From Octopus vulgaris (lineage: Eukaryota), in the NCBI GenBank assembly GCA_951406725.2, contig OX597815.1, positions 161,386,001 to 161,450,000 of the forward strand: a DNA stretch of 64,000 nt, read 5' to 3'. The notes under the pieces were generated by a model that was not told the DNA's origin, made no database searches, and saw only the letters and a list, made by a program, of their open reading frames with translations. Below are positions 13,120 through 26,420 of this stretch, one piece after another. The position numbers were made by a program, and so were the translations under genes. The number at the start of each line of letters is the position of its first letter. Positions within the stretch are counted from its first letter, which is position 1.

Positions 13120-13425
13120 TGCAGGCATACATATACATACATACATACATACATACATACATACATACATACATACATACAAACATACACACACACACAC
13201 ACATATATATATAAATATATATATATATACATATATATACATATACACATATATATATAAAAGTTATATATACATACATTATCATTATTATATATAGATG
13301 TGTGTTTGTGTGTGTATGTGTGTGTTTGTGTTTGTGTGTGTGTAAATATATATCATTGTTGGCTTTATCTTGTATCTGAGAATTTACTTTCTTTTTTGGT
13401 GAATGCTTCCTTTATGGTGATAGCA

Positions 13426-13830
13426 TTAATGACAAAGTCGATCAATTCTTAAATAGTAGAGATGATGGCATTGACTGCATGATAATAACTGGTGGTGGAC
13501 GAGATTTATTTTATTCAGCCTTTCTCTCCAGTCATTTGATTTCTTCATTTTCTTTTCTTGTGGTCTCGAAGTCTTTAGTTCCAGTGGTGAAAGAACACCA
13601 CCACTTGGTACAATCTCGGGCTTGTGTTTCAAAAGATGTAGGATTTGTTCAATCTTCAGCATCAAATGGCAACACTATGTGACCAAAACCAAAGTCCTGG
13701 AAAGAGCCAACAGCCAAAGTATCAAATTGCTGATCCTGAAATACTGCCTTTCAATGGAAGAGTGAACGTTAGCATTCTGAGCTCACTTCAGGGAAAAGAC
13801 CAAGGGATTGCCCTCTTCAAAGATACATGA
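13426..13830 (-). pseudogene. RTE (BovB-like) C-terminal fragment with decayed terminal zinc finger
   Basis: Minus-strand frameshifted TNPTSFETQARDCTKWW..TGTKDFETTRKE...RPPP..CSQCHH..RI...H. Confidence 0.6.
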
Positions 13831-14899
13831 ACCAACTCAAAATAACACACATAAATATTCTTTTCTACTCTAGGCTCAAGGCCTGAAACTTTTGGGGAGA
13901 GTGCCAGATGATTAGATCAACCCCAGCACACAACTGGTACTTAATTTATCAACCCCAAAAGGATGGAAGGCAAAGTCAACCTGAACGGGATTTGACACAC
14001 ACACAAATATTGAATGTCATTCTGACCTATGTCAGAAAACTAAAACAAATTAAATAAATAAATGTAATGGTTATCATTGTTTAAGTTATTATTAATTAAT
14101 TCTGTTGTTAATTAATTAAATAATCAATTAATCAAATAGTTACATGGAAAGTTATATTTTTAGAAAAATAGAAAATCAGTGAAAATAAGTTTGTTTATCT
14201 GTTTATGAGAGAGAGGAGGGAGGAAGGAGAGGGAGGGACACATGTGGAGAGAGAAAGGATGAGAGGAAGGAAAAAGGAGACAGGAGAGTAAAGGAGAAAG
14301 AGAGTGGAGAATAAGGGAGAAAGAAAGAAAGGAGAGTGAGGGAGGAGGGAAGGAGAGGCAGAGACAGAAAGATGGAAGGAGGAAGGAAGAAACAAAATGA
14401 TTTTTTTTTTGTTTCTAAGGCTGCCATCATATTTTGACAGATTTAAAGAAATGATAAAAATCAAGAAACAAAGAATTTTTTCTTCCTTAATTCCCAGTTT
14501 CTTTTGATCCCATTAAATGACATATCCAACATTTACTTTCCTTTTCTTTTTTCCTGCCAGTTCTACTCAATGTTTTTTTCTTAGATTTATTGTCATTTGT
14601 TTTCATTTATTTTATTATCTTTTTGCACAAGGTTCTTCTGTTGCTAAATTTGGTCAACGGGAAAGAGGAAAGGTGATGGAGGGAAAAAATTGATTAGATA
14701 TTTACATTTTCTTTCTTGGAAAACTGCTTAAAGTATTTGTAAAATGTGTGTGTATGTGTGTGTGTATGTGTATGTGTGTGTGCTCACATATATATGCATG
14801 TGCATATTTGTAGATGTTTGTGAATATGCAGGTATATGTGTTTACAGAGTATTATGTGTTTCTGCCAATGGGAATGTATGCAATGTACTTATGGTGTGT

Positions 14900-14935
<36 letters not shown>

Positions 14936-16296
14936 ACGTGCATATGTGTGAGAAACAGAGAGAGAGAGAAAGACAATGAGTGTTTGAATGTTTACAAGCT
15001 CCATCATAGGATTGTTATATGTTAATGCATCTACATATTGGTTTGTAAGTATAAAAGTATGCATAGATTTATATATCTACCCCTTTTACTAGTTTCAGTC
15101 ACTGGATACTGGCCATACTGGGACACTGTCTTGAAGGGCTTAGTCTAAATGATCGATCCTAGTACAGTAATACCTCACTTTACAAGGACTTACTTTATGA
15201 GAACTCAGGTTTACGAGTTTTATTTTTCAAGCACAAGATCCAGATTTTGAACAAATAGCAAAAGATTCTACTACCATAACAAATGTTTCTGTGTGTTACT
15301 GAGAAATTTAGAGAGAGCTAAAAAAAGCTTCTTCTAAGCAAACATAAATGTATATTTATTTGCATGTATGTATATACACACAACAGGCTTCTTTCAGTTT
15401 GTCTACCAAACCACTCACAAGGTTTCGATCAGCCCAAGGTCATGGTAGCAGTTGCACAAGAGAGCACTGCAGAGTGGTGTCTGCCTTTGATCCTAGTTTT
15501 GTTAGATATGTATTTTTGCCTATCCTTCACTCATCCCTTTTACACTGTCTTTCACTCTGTAATTCTGGTCTTTTTAGTACATTCCAGAAGAAATTTAATT
15601 AGACACATCTATAGTGATGTCTTCACTCAAAAATCTCAGAGATGGTTACATATAATTTTAGTGGCCAGCATTTTGCTGACATCATTACTCAAATAGAAAA
15701 ATCCCGTTTTTGCTTATGAAAATTTGCTTAAGAGGGGAAAATAACTCTGTGCTGGTTCAAATTGTGAAGACTTGCTACAAATTCCTCTACAAGGCAGTCT
15801 TTGATGCTTTGTTGTAGTTAGTCAATAATGGTACTAACAAGATTTTAACTCAAAGCAAAAAGTACACAATTTTGTCCTCTTTCAGGGGAAAAAAAAAGAA
15901 AAAGAGAATAAAGTACCTGTCTAGTAATGCTATTAATATAATCAACTTTTCCACCTGCCCTAAAATGTTTGATCCTGTACTTATGTTACAAATCAGGATT
16001 AATAAGTTACTGCAGTGCTTACAAAAAACAATTTGGGATACCTATATGCAGTCAGGTGGACTTAGTCCTTGTGAATTAAATGGTTTAACTATTGACAGCA
16101 TTTGACTATTGATCACTGCCAAATGCAATGCTTATTTATTCATATTCTCTTGAATTAATCATGCATGCCCTTGTAGCTTTGAGATTTCAATGATGTGATT
16201 GCTTATTTTAGAATGACATTGGAGGGTAGGTGAGAGGCTGGATCTATCCAGTTTGAACATAAAATGAACGTAAAACAGATAGAATATTTGGGTCAG

Positions 16297-16733
16297 TAAA
16301 GTGGCAAGCTGGCAGAAACGTTAGCACACTGGGCAAAATGCTTACGGTATTTCACCCGTCGCTACGTTCTGAGTTCAAATTCCACTGAGGTCGACTTTGC
16401 CTTTCATCCTTTCGAGGTCGATAAATTAAGTACCAGTTACGCACAGGGGTCGATGTAACCAACTTAATCCCTTTGTCTGTCTTTGTTTGTCCCTTCTATG
16501 TTTAACCACTTGTGGGCAATAAAGAAATAAGAAACGTTAGCATGCTGGGCAAAATGCTTAGCGGTATTTCGTCTGTCTTATGTTCTGAGTTCAAATTATG
16601 CCGAGGTCGACTTTGTCTTTCATCCTTTTTGGGGGGATGGGGTCGATAAATTAAGTACCAGTTTTGTACAGGGATTGATCTAATCAACTGGTCCCCTCCC
16701 CCAAAATTAACGGCCTTGTACCTAGAGCAGAAA
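16297..16733 (+). mobile_element. Nested pair of family A SINEs
   Basis: Outer TSD AGAATATTTGGGTCAG (16281-16296 and 16734-16749); internal duplication AGAAACGTTAGCA (16314-16326 and 16530-16542). Confidence 0.85.
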
Positions 16734-17499
16734 AGAATATTTGGGTCAGCAGTGGTCAAAAATTTGGAACATTCTTTTAAAAATTAGATTTGTTATGCCC
16801 AAGTACAATTTGATTTGGATCTCTACAACATAGAGATGTACTTCTCTAATAATCAATCCAAATGTTCAATTAGAAGATATTAACCATTGGACCATTTATA
16901 AGGTAAGTATATCTCTACATGGTATATATTTGAATTGAATTCTACATGGGCAGAACAATTTCAATTTCTAAAAAAATGTTCCAAATTTTTGGCCATGACT
17001 ATATGGTTTTCTGATGTAGCAATTTTCATTATACTTCATGTAACTATTAATTCATGTTTTAAGGTTAATGTTATTATCACTGTTAGTGAAGCTGTTACTG
17101 TCATTAACAAAAGTTGTTAGCAATACTGCAGTTGTTGTTGATATCAAAAAAAGCTAGTGGTTCAGTTCCTAGGTAAGCTTGTTGGGAATGAAGCTACTGC
17201 AGTCATTCCATTTGCGATTGCTCACATTCATTCTTTGTCTTGATCTTGTTACTACGGCACATATTGTTTCCTCCTCTTCCTTCTTCTTCACATCTTCTAA
17301 CTCCTTACCTACACAGAAATCATTATTGTCATCACCAATTGGCACCACCACTACCACTACTACCAGCACCACATTATCATGACTGTCATCAAACATCACC
17401 CACCACCACCACTACCACCTCCATTGCCAATCTCTATTCCATCTTTTTTCCTAAATCCTTTCAATTGTTAATTCAATCATCATAGAAATATTTCTGTCA

Positions 17500-18852
17500 A
17501 ATGCGTATGTATGTATACATACATATATTCACACACATATATATATCACATACACAAATGTTACATTTATCTATTATATATCTACATGTACATATATTTA
17601 TGTATGTGTGTGTATATATGAAATTACATGTGTACATAACATTGCAAACATACATACATACATACACACATATATACACACATGCATATACATATAAATG
17701 TACACACATGCACAAATATACACATGCATACATGTGTGTGTGTGTGTATATATATATATATGCATATACATATACATACACACACACATATATTTATATA
17801 CACACACATGCATGTATCTATATGTGCATATGTTTACCTTATAGCTATAAGACAATAATCACCAGACATCAATGTCAATATTTTTATTTATTTATTTATC
17901 TATTTATTTATTGCCTTTTTCCCAGTAATTTAAGTGTTTTCCAAATATCTTGTATTTCACTTTCCCCTATCTCTTAATATATTTTGTTTTTATATTTTTG
18001 TAATAATTTTATATTTTATTCATCATATTTTTTTCTTTTTATTTCTTTCTCTCTTCTATGATAGAAATTTCTCAATTAATTTTTTTTTCATTTTTGTCTC
18101 TCCAATCTTATTTCATATATTATTTCTTTTTTACTGTATTCTTCTAAATTTTGGTCTCTCTTGGAGTTATTTTAAGTGAGAGGGTAGATATATTTTCCTG
18201 TGATTATAATTCTTTTATTACATTTCTATTTTTTTTTTACACACACTAATATTTCTTTAAAAAAAGTCATACATATGATATGTGTGTGTGTGTATAAATT
18301 TATATAAACGCACATAGACATATATGCATGTGTATATATATATATGTATGTATAAATATATATATGGACATGTTTGTGCATATTATATATGTGTAAATAC
18401 CCACACACGCAAACATACATATGTGTATATAAGTTAAGTTACATGCAAACATTAGCATATAAACTTATGGAGTATTATCAATGTTAGAAATTATTTTTAT
18501 ATACACACATACACATATATGTGTGTATGTAAAAATATATATATATATATGTATATAAACACACACGTGTGTATATATGCATACGTATATATATATACAT
18601 ATGTATATAAACACACATGTGTGTATATATGCATATGTATATATATATATATAAATAAATATACATACACATGTGTAAGTATATATGTATATATTTAAAT
18701 ACACATACACCTGTATGTATATATGTATATATATAAACACACACACATGTATCAGTATACATATACATGTATACACATGTGTCTCTGTGTGCATGTATTG
18801 ACTGTATGTGTGTAAATGTATATAAATGTATATAATATATATAATGTGTGTA

Positions 18853-18898
<46 letters not shown>

Positions 18899-19129
18899 CT
18901 GTTTTTCTTTGTTTTAATTTTTTATCCATTTTGGGAAACAAAATTTTGAAAGCAATATTGAATACGATAAAACAGACGAAATGAATGTTTAAATAAATAA
19001 ATATCAGAAGAAAAAATAATTTCTAACATCGATAATACGCCATAAGTATATATGCTAATATTTGCATGAAACATAACTATATACTCATATGTATGTTTCT
19101 GTGTGTGAGTATATACAAACATACTATGC

Positions 19130-19183
<54 letters not shown>

Positions 19184-19340
19184 TGAGAGTAGCATGAACA
19201 TCTGCATAACAATATACACACATAAATATCTATATACAAACATCTGCATATATGTGTTTATATACATAGAGAGTGAGTGAGTGAGAGTAACATAGACATA
19301 TATATATACCAATATACACACACATTTATATACAAACATC

Positions 19341-19378
<38 letters not shown>

Positions 19379-19670
19379 CTTATATTCAACATAGATTATA
19401 TATATATACACATACACAGTCACATATATATATATATATAAAGAGAGAGAGTATCAATATACACACATATATATTCATATACAAATGTGCATATTTATAG
19501 ATATTGTCATCATCATAATCATCTATATATACAGATTATATATATATATATATATATATGATAGATTATATATATATAACATTGACATTTATATAATATG
19601 CACACATACATATTTATATACAGATATGTGTATGTATACATGTTTATGTTTGTGTGTGTGTATATGTGTG
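17500..19670. repeat. Compound (TA)/(CA)/(TATG)/(GA) microsatellite block
   Basis: Direct reading. Similar blocks lie at 12620-13350, 21540-21970, 30115-30320, 33530-33750 and 61440-61630. Confidence 0.9.
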
Positions 19671-19694
19671 TAGGGAGGTGTATAATACATATAT

Positions 19695-21208
19695 AAGGCA
19701 CATCTGTATTGCCTGGCTGCTTCAAAGCTTGGATATTCCAGCATCCCTTATTGCCTATGATTTTGTGATCCCTGTCATATGATGTCAGCATGTCAACTGT
19801 AGAAACCCTGGAAAAGAAGATTAGCATTTTTTTTTTGAAGTGGTGGCTTGGCTTACCAAGAATCCTAAGCAGCATCATTTAGTAGAACTCAACCAATGCC
19901 TTACTGTACCCATTCAGTGTTCTCTCTGAGGAATTCATAATGACAAGAACAAGAGAAGTCATGAAGTACAGAGATTACAGTGACATGAAAGTAGCTGGAG
20001 CTAACATTGAAGTTCACACAGGTATGAATTAAAGTGCTGCCAGAGAGTTGCAGGTTGCAGAGGAACTGTTAAATCAGAGGGCTCTGGTTGAGAGTGTGGA
20101 GACAGGGTGCTCAGGATTGGACTACTTCTCAACCCTCCAGATTAGAAGCACCCAAAAAAAAAAAATAATAACAGAGCAGCATCATCTCCTGTAAGAATTT
20201 TGCACAAGAGTAGAAGCAAGGGCTAGCAGGATGGTGGGACTTGGCCAACAAGGGAAATAGACAAGGTGAGCCAATATACAACAGTGAGACATACCTGGTC
20301 AGATCACTGATGGACTGATATCCAGTGTATCATATTTCTAATCTAAGCTGTCTTCACACATAGGGCTGTTGTGATTCACCATCCTGTCCCTTGTGTATTA
20401 AAAGAGAGTCCCTTCAACATCTCTGCAGCAGCTGCCCCCACAGCCTTAGTTGATGGTTGCTATTGCTTGTAACATGACCAGGTGCTAAGAGTGGTTGTGG
20501 AGGCAATATTGTCGGGCATTCAGTTCAATAAACAACAACCCCAGGGAAGAGGCTATCACTTTTCTCAGAGCTGGAGAGAAGTCCAGTTCTTTGAAACTTC
20601 AATGACCATGCCACTTTTCACAGCTCCAGATTGGCAGCTGAGAGCAAATCTCATGGAAGGGAAAGTTCCCAGACCACATCATACCTACAACACACCACCT
20701 CGATATAGTGATTTTCTCAAATTCCACCAAACAGGTGATCATGTGGGAACTGACCATGCCCTGGGAGGAACACATGGAGGAAGCTCATAAGAGGAAGCTT
20801 GCCAAATACCAGGAGATGGTAGAGCAGTGCAGAAATCAGTGCTAATAGGACTGTAGGAAGCTGAGAAAGGTCACCAATTTAGTGTGGGTACATTTTATAA
20901 AGTCACCAGTGTAGTGAGAGTGTGGTGTCTAATTTCTTAATTGGAGGCAATATTGATGGCCATTCAGTTCAATAAACTACAAGACCATTGCCAGGAGATA
21001 GAAGTGTGCCATTGTGACTTTGTAAGGCATTCATTCTGCAAAGCACTGTTTGGGCTTGGAGTTACTGGCACAGCAAAAAGGACGGCTATAAATTCCATCA
21101 CTGAAATTTAGAGAAGGCCATTAGGTGGCTTTCCATAAAGAGGGAAGACCAGTGGCTTGTTGTGACTGGGATGCAGGCTGGGGCTTGATCGACCCTAGAT
21201 GGGTCAAG
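19695..21208 (+). pseudogene. HERO-like (R2 group) RLE retrotransposon, decayed 3' part
   Basis: LPGCFKAWIFQH..STVETLEKKIS..WLGLPRILSSI; CCHC knuckle CPLCIKRESLQHLCSSC; HDQVLR; RLE DIVIFSNSTKQVIMWELTMPWEEHMEEAHKRKLAKYQE. Many stops and frameshifts. Confidence 0.8.
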
Positions 21209-21210
21209 AT

Positions 21211-21324
21211 GGGACAGAGGCAGGCAAGAGAACAATAAACAGGTGTATTTGTTTGACACTTGGGAAGAGTGGAAAAGTCTTTGACATTTCAAACCTACAC
21301 TCGTCGACAGAAAAGGATGAGAGG

Positions 21325-21330
<6 letters not shown>
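21211..21330 (-). mobile_element. Short Penelope-type terminal fragment with a degenerate hammerhead-like core (second copy at 22481-22575)
   Basis: Two copies share GACAGAGGCAGG..CAGGTGTATTTGTTTGACACTTGGGAAGAGTGGAAAAGTCTTTGAC. The minus strand reads GAGTGTAGGCTT-GAAACGTC in copy 2. Confidence 0.45.
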
Positions 21331-21366
<36 letters not shown>

Positions 21367-21565
21367 AACAAGCAAACAACATACATACATACATACATAC
21401 ATACAGACATAGGCATAGAAAAACATGTTGGAAAGCTTGAAATACTCTGAAACTCCAGAAGCATCACTGACAGTGCATCCCAGATTATCTGTGAGATGTA
21501 CCTTAAAACTAAAATTACAGCTGTTTATACTATAATACACATGTATGTGTGTGTTTGAGTCTGTG

Positions 21566-21612
<47 letters not shown>

Positions 21613-22884
21613 ATAGATAGATACATACATACATATATATATACATATATATATACATGTATATACATATATATATATATATGTATGTATATATAATAGG
21701 TACATATATGAATGTATGTGTGTGTATGTATATATACATTTATGTAATACATAAGACATATAAACATATACATGTATGTATATACATATATAATATGCAG
21801 TTATGAGTACATATGTATCTACATACATATATCTATAAATATACATATGTAACATACATATTTGTGCATGTATGCATGTATATATATATATGAGAGACGT
21901 GTGTGTAGACATATATATGTGTGTGCATTCATGAATTAACTCATACACTAACAGACATATATACACATGCCACACATCACATTTATAATATTTGACTAAG
22001 TATAACATTGTAATTTGCTGTCTGTTAAGAAAAACATGACAAAAATTTATAGAAACTAATAAATAAAAAGAAGATAATATAAACGCGAATGGAAGTACAA
22101 TTGAGTAAATAACAATATTCATGATGAGAAATGTATTAAACATCTCTGTATCAAATGTTGAAAATTATATTAATGTTGACATCTCAAGAGTGGATTCATT
22201 AAATTTAAGTATTATCTATGTTTGGTTTGTTTTTAATGTAGAGATGCCTGATATTTTGTTTTAAACAGTAGCTGTGGTTTTGTGGATGTAAAATAATGAC
22301 AAAGATATATATATATACACACATAAATATACATATGAATATATATACACACATATATACATATAGTTACATACACATATACATATAATTACATACACAC
22401 ACATATATATAAATACATATATACACAAAAATATACATACGCACACATACAGATATGGTTCAAATGTACAGAAAATAGAAGACAGAGGCAGGTGAAAGAA
22501 CAATAAGCAGGTGTATTTGTTTGACACTTGGGAAGAGTGGAAAAGTCTTTGACGTTTCAAGCCTACACTCTTTGACGAGCTGGCAAAAATGTTAGCATGC
22601 TGGGCAAAATGCTTAGCGGTATTTTGTCTGCCGTTACATTCTAAGTTCAAATTCCGTCGAGGTCAACTTTGCCTTTCATCCTTTTGGGGTCGATAAATTA
22701 AGTACCAGTTACACACTGGGGTCAATGTAGTTGACTTAATCCATTTGTCTGTCCTTGTTTGTCCCCTCTATGTTTAGCCCCTTGTGGGCAATAAAGAAAT
22801 AAGAAAAAGATGAGAGGAAAAAATAGAGAGAGCGAGAAACAAACAAACAAACATACATGCATGCATACATACATACAGACATAC

Positions 22885-23858
22885 ATATATATATACAAAA
22901 ACATATTCCAAGGGGACAGATTCTCTGTGATTTTGTTTATACTTTCTATAAACCCCATGTCATTCATGCTAAGGAAGTCTGAAGGATATTTCACTGGTTT
23001 ACAAGGAAACAGAAACACCAAAATTACACACTGCTCATTGTGAATGACTTGAAACTTTATGCAAAGAATATGCAGGAGATAAAAAAGAGCCTTCACCTAA
23101 TTACAGCATTCTCAAAGGATATAAGGTTGGAGTTTGGTTAAGATAAATGTTATATGGTTGTGAAAAGGGGGACAAACTGTAAAGCAGAGTAGCAACATCA
23201 CCATCAATGACTTGACTGTTTCCCCTATATCTGACAAGGAATGTTACAGGAATCTAGGGGTGGATGAAAACATATTTTACAATGGCACCTGTAACAAAAC
23301 ACATGTCACTAAAGAATATTACAACTGAATAAACAAAATTTGGACCTCAGAACTCTCAGCATTCAATAAAATAGTGGCCCACAATGTGTTTGCAGAATCA
23401 GTACTCATGCTGACATTTGGACTGCTTGATTAAACGCTTGATGAGATCCAAGCCATTGATGTGAAAACCCCCAAAATACTAATGAGCACACATAATTTCT
23501 ACATCAACAGTGACATAGACTGCCTCTACCTAAAATGAAAACAAGGCAGTAGAAGCTTAACATAGATCCAAAATGCCTTTGAATATCATATCATATCCCT
23601 TTGTCAACATCTTTTAACCATCAAGTGTCAAAGTGCATCCCCTTGACCAAGTTCACATACATGAGGCTGATAAGATCATAAGACTTGGAAGGCAGCTCCT
23701 AGAGCAACATTGCTTGTCAGATAACATTAAATACATGCCCAAAGAAGTTGCACGACATCAGAGAAAAGAATGAACCTATATGAGCAGAAGACTATGCATG
23801 GATATGTTAGTAGAAAGCTTCAAGATGGTAGTAATATTGATCATGAAAGTAGTCTATC
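22885..23858 (+). pseudogene. R4/Dong-like reverse transcriptase fragment
   Basis: IFQGDRFSVILFILSINP, then (V.)DLKLYAK, YRNLGVDE, KIWTSELSAFNK..AHN.FA and SDIDCLYL; stops and frameshifts. Confidence 0.8.
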
Positions 23859-24320
23859 GAGTTGTTGGTGTTAGGAAAGACAACCAGCCATAGAAATCAA
23901 GCCAAAACAGACTATGAAACTTGATGCAGCCCTTGGCCTTGCCAATTCCTGTTAAGCCATCCAACCCATGCCAGCATGGAAAACAGATGTCAATGATGAT
24001 GATGATGATTCCTGGACATTGATTTTCTGTCTCAGCTAAAGTTGTGCTCCAGTTGTCTCCGTAACTTGAATGCTGCTACACCTTACGTCTCCTGTATTAA
24101 AGTAATGAAGGATACATTGCCCTGTTAATGTGCATAGCTCATCATTCATTCTCACAAAAATTTCTTTGGGAAAACAATACCCAACAGGCTTTGTTTCTAA
24201 GTTCAAAGGTTTTGTAGGACCCTAATCAATAATGAAAGCATCAATGTAATGATCAACTACATTATAAATGTACTCCTGCTCAGAATCCATAACTCCCAAT
24301 GTCACTTAGATCACTGGTAC

Positions 24321-24484
24321 TCTTTTACTTGTTTCAGTCATTTGACTGTGGCCATACTGGAGCACCACCTTTAGTTGAGCAAATTGACCCCAGGACTTAT
24401 TCATTGTAAGCCTAGTCTCTTTTGCCAAACCGCTAAGTGACGGGGACATAAACACACCAGCATTGGTTGTCAACAAAGACACAA

Positions 24485-24541
<57 letters not shown>

Positions 24542-24705
24542 CACAAAGGGCTTTCAGTTTCCGTCTACCAAATCCACTCACAAGGCTTTGGTTGGCCCGA
24601 GGCTATAGTAGAAGACACTTGCCCAAGGTGCCATGCAGTGGGACTGAACCCAGAACCATGTGGTTGGTAAGCAATCTACTTGCCACACAGCCACTCCTGC
24701 GCCTA
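24321..24705 (-). mobile_element. SINE family B, near full length
   Basis: Head GGCGCAGGAGTGGCTGTGTGG, B box GGTTCAGTCCC, internal TA/CA repeat, tail CAAATGACTGAAACAAGTAAAAGAG. Confidence 0.9.
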
Positions 24706-25356
24706 CAAATAACATTGAAATTGGTGTGTACAAATAACATTGAAATATCACTGTATTTTTCTCTCAAGTCCAAATTCTTCCTCTAATTAAATGATTAATA
24801 AATAACATCACCAAATTCAAACTCACCATTTAAGGTATTAACTGCCACGAGGCTCAAAAATCAAGAGAAAGAAAGATCTGAAGGAATTTACTCAATAAAA
24901 CAAAAAAAGCAAATGTGGTGAGAACTTGAAATCTTTTGACAGAAAGTTCTTTGTAAAATTAATCTAAACGTCGATTGTCATACAAAACTGTGCTTCATTC
25001 TTGTTAACATTCCCATCCAAGAACATTATTTGAATTGCAGTCATATGCAGTACTGGACAAGATAACAGTTGCAGTTACTTCTGGTGCAGAACTTTAGGAG
25101 TTGATAAGCAAAACTATCTTGACCAATAAAATATACAAACAGCCTTAATGAGATTAACTGATAAATCTAGCAAATAAAACAGCCAATAGCAAATGCTTTT
25201 CACCAACAAATTCAAGGATAGCAAACACCAAGTCTCAAAAATTAACCAATGAAAAGGAAAAAAAAAAACAAACAAAAAAAAACAATTAAAAGATGCAAAA
25301 TAGGAAACCCATGTACTGACATTAGGAAGAAACTACACCAAGGAATATAAATAAAC

Positions 25357-25640
25357 TACGAAGGGGTGGGGTGGGGGCTGAAAATTTCATGGGCTGACTA
25401 TGGAGTGATGCTAGAGCGGTGAAACCTTGCATGCATTAATTTCAACTTTTCTTATTAATAACTGCATTGTTTCTTTCTAGGTAAACTGACATCTGACTGT
25501 TCAAAGAAGACTTCAAAAGTAACTAGTGGCAACTTCTGTTGAAAATCAATAAAATTTGGCATCATGATGTTGTCAAGTACTTGCAGAAAAAGAGTTTAGC
25601 TTCCAAGGACAATGATACTGTAAAAAAGATATATGTGGAA
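25357..25640 (+). mobile_element. mariner-like transposon 5' remnant
   Basis: TACGAAGGGG..CTGAAAA terminus, then decayed transposase start (NKIWHHDVVKYLQKKSLASKD). Confidence 0.55.
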
Positions 25641-25664
25641 AATGTGAACATTGTATAAAAGCAG

Positions 25665-26420
25665 TACTAGCAGTCAAGGAACCTTTCAATGCTAATCTTC
25701 TACAGAAAGACCTAAATTCTCTATATAAATGGGCTGAAGAAAACAACATGCAATTTAATGCAGGAAAATTCCAAGGCCTCTACTATCAGCTAGCTAGTTG
25801 TCACATGCTGCAATGATACTTTGGACCAAAAGGAATAGCAATCCCAGAACCAAGTGAAGTGTGTGTGGTGCAGGCAAGTGGTTAGGCAGATTCTGAGAAC
25901 TTTCAGAACAAGGGACCAGGAAACTATACTAGTTCTATTGAGGATAATAGCAGAACTTACTGTAGTTCAGTGGTGCTACACTAGGAAAACTGCATCAATA
26001 GGGCAGCTGAACTACTGGAAGAGAGTAAATGAGTCACAACTCTATCTCTGGAGCAAAGACAGGAGAGATATATAGTGACACACATATGGAAAATCCTCAA
26101 GGGGTTGGCACTAAACTCTGGCATCAATAATTATACCAACCGCCAAACTGGACATTACTGCACTGATCCAAAAGTTAAACCTCTCCTGTCTAGAGTGAGG
26201 ACCATGTACAGCAATAGCTTGGGATTTAAAAGCCCACAGCTATTATTTTGTATCTTGCCAAAATATTTGAGAGATCTACATGAAGTAGACATGGATATTT
26301 TCAAAAAACAACTTGACCTCCACTGTCCAAGATCCCAAATGAACATACTTCACAGCAAGCAACTCAAAAGAGGGTAGCAATATCAAACTCCTTCCTTCAC
26401 CAAAAGTCAATCAGAAAAGA
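25665..26420 (+). pseudogene. CR1/L2-group LINE 3' fragment with internal deletions
   Basis: LQKDLNSLYKWAEENNMQFNAGKF...THIWKILKGL...NSLGFKSPQLLF..LPKYLRD..DIFKKQLD. Confidence 0.75.

Noticed and set aside
16834-16902. 69-bp open segment ending in AG|GTAAGT
   Set aside because: Strong donor but weak acceptor and no recognisable peptide; not supportable without RNA data.
17497-22650. Long YI/CV/HT-rich ORFs, including the 282-aa ORF at 21295-22143
   Set aside because: Dinucleotide microsatellites lack stop codons; there is no coding signal.
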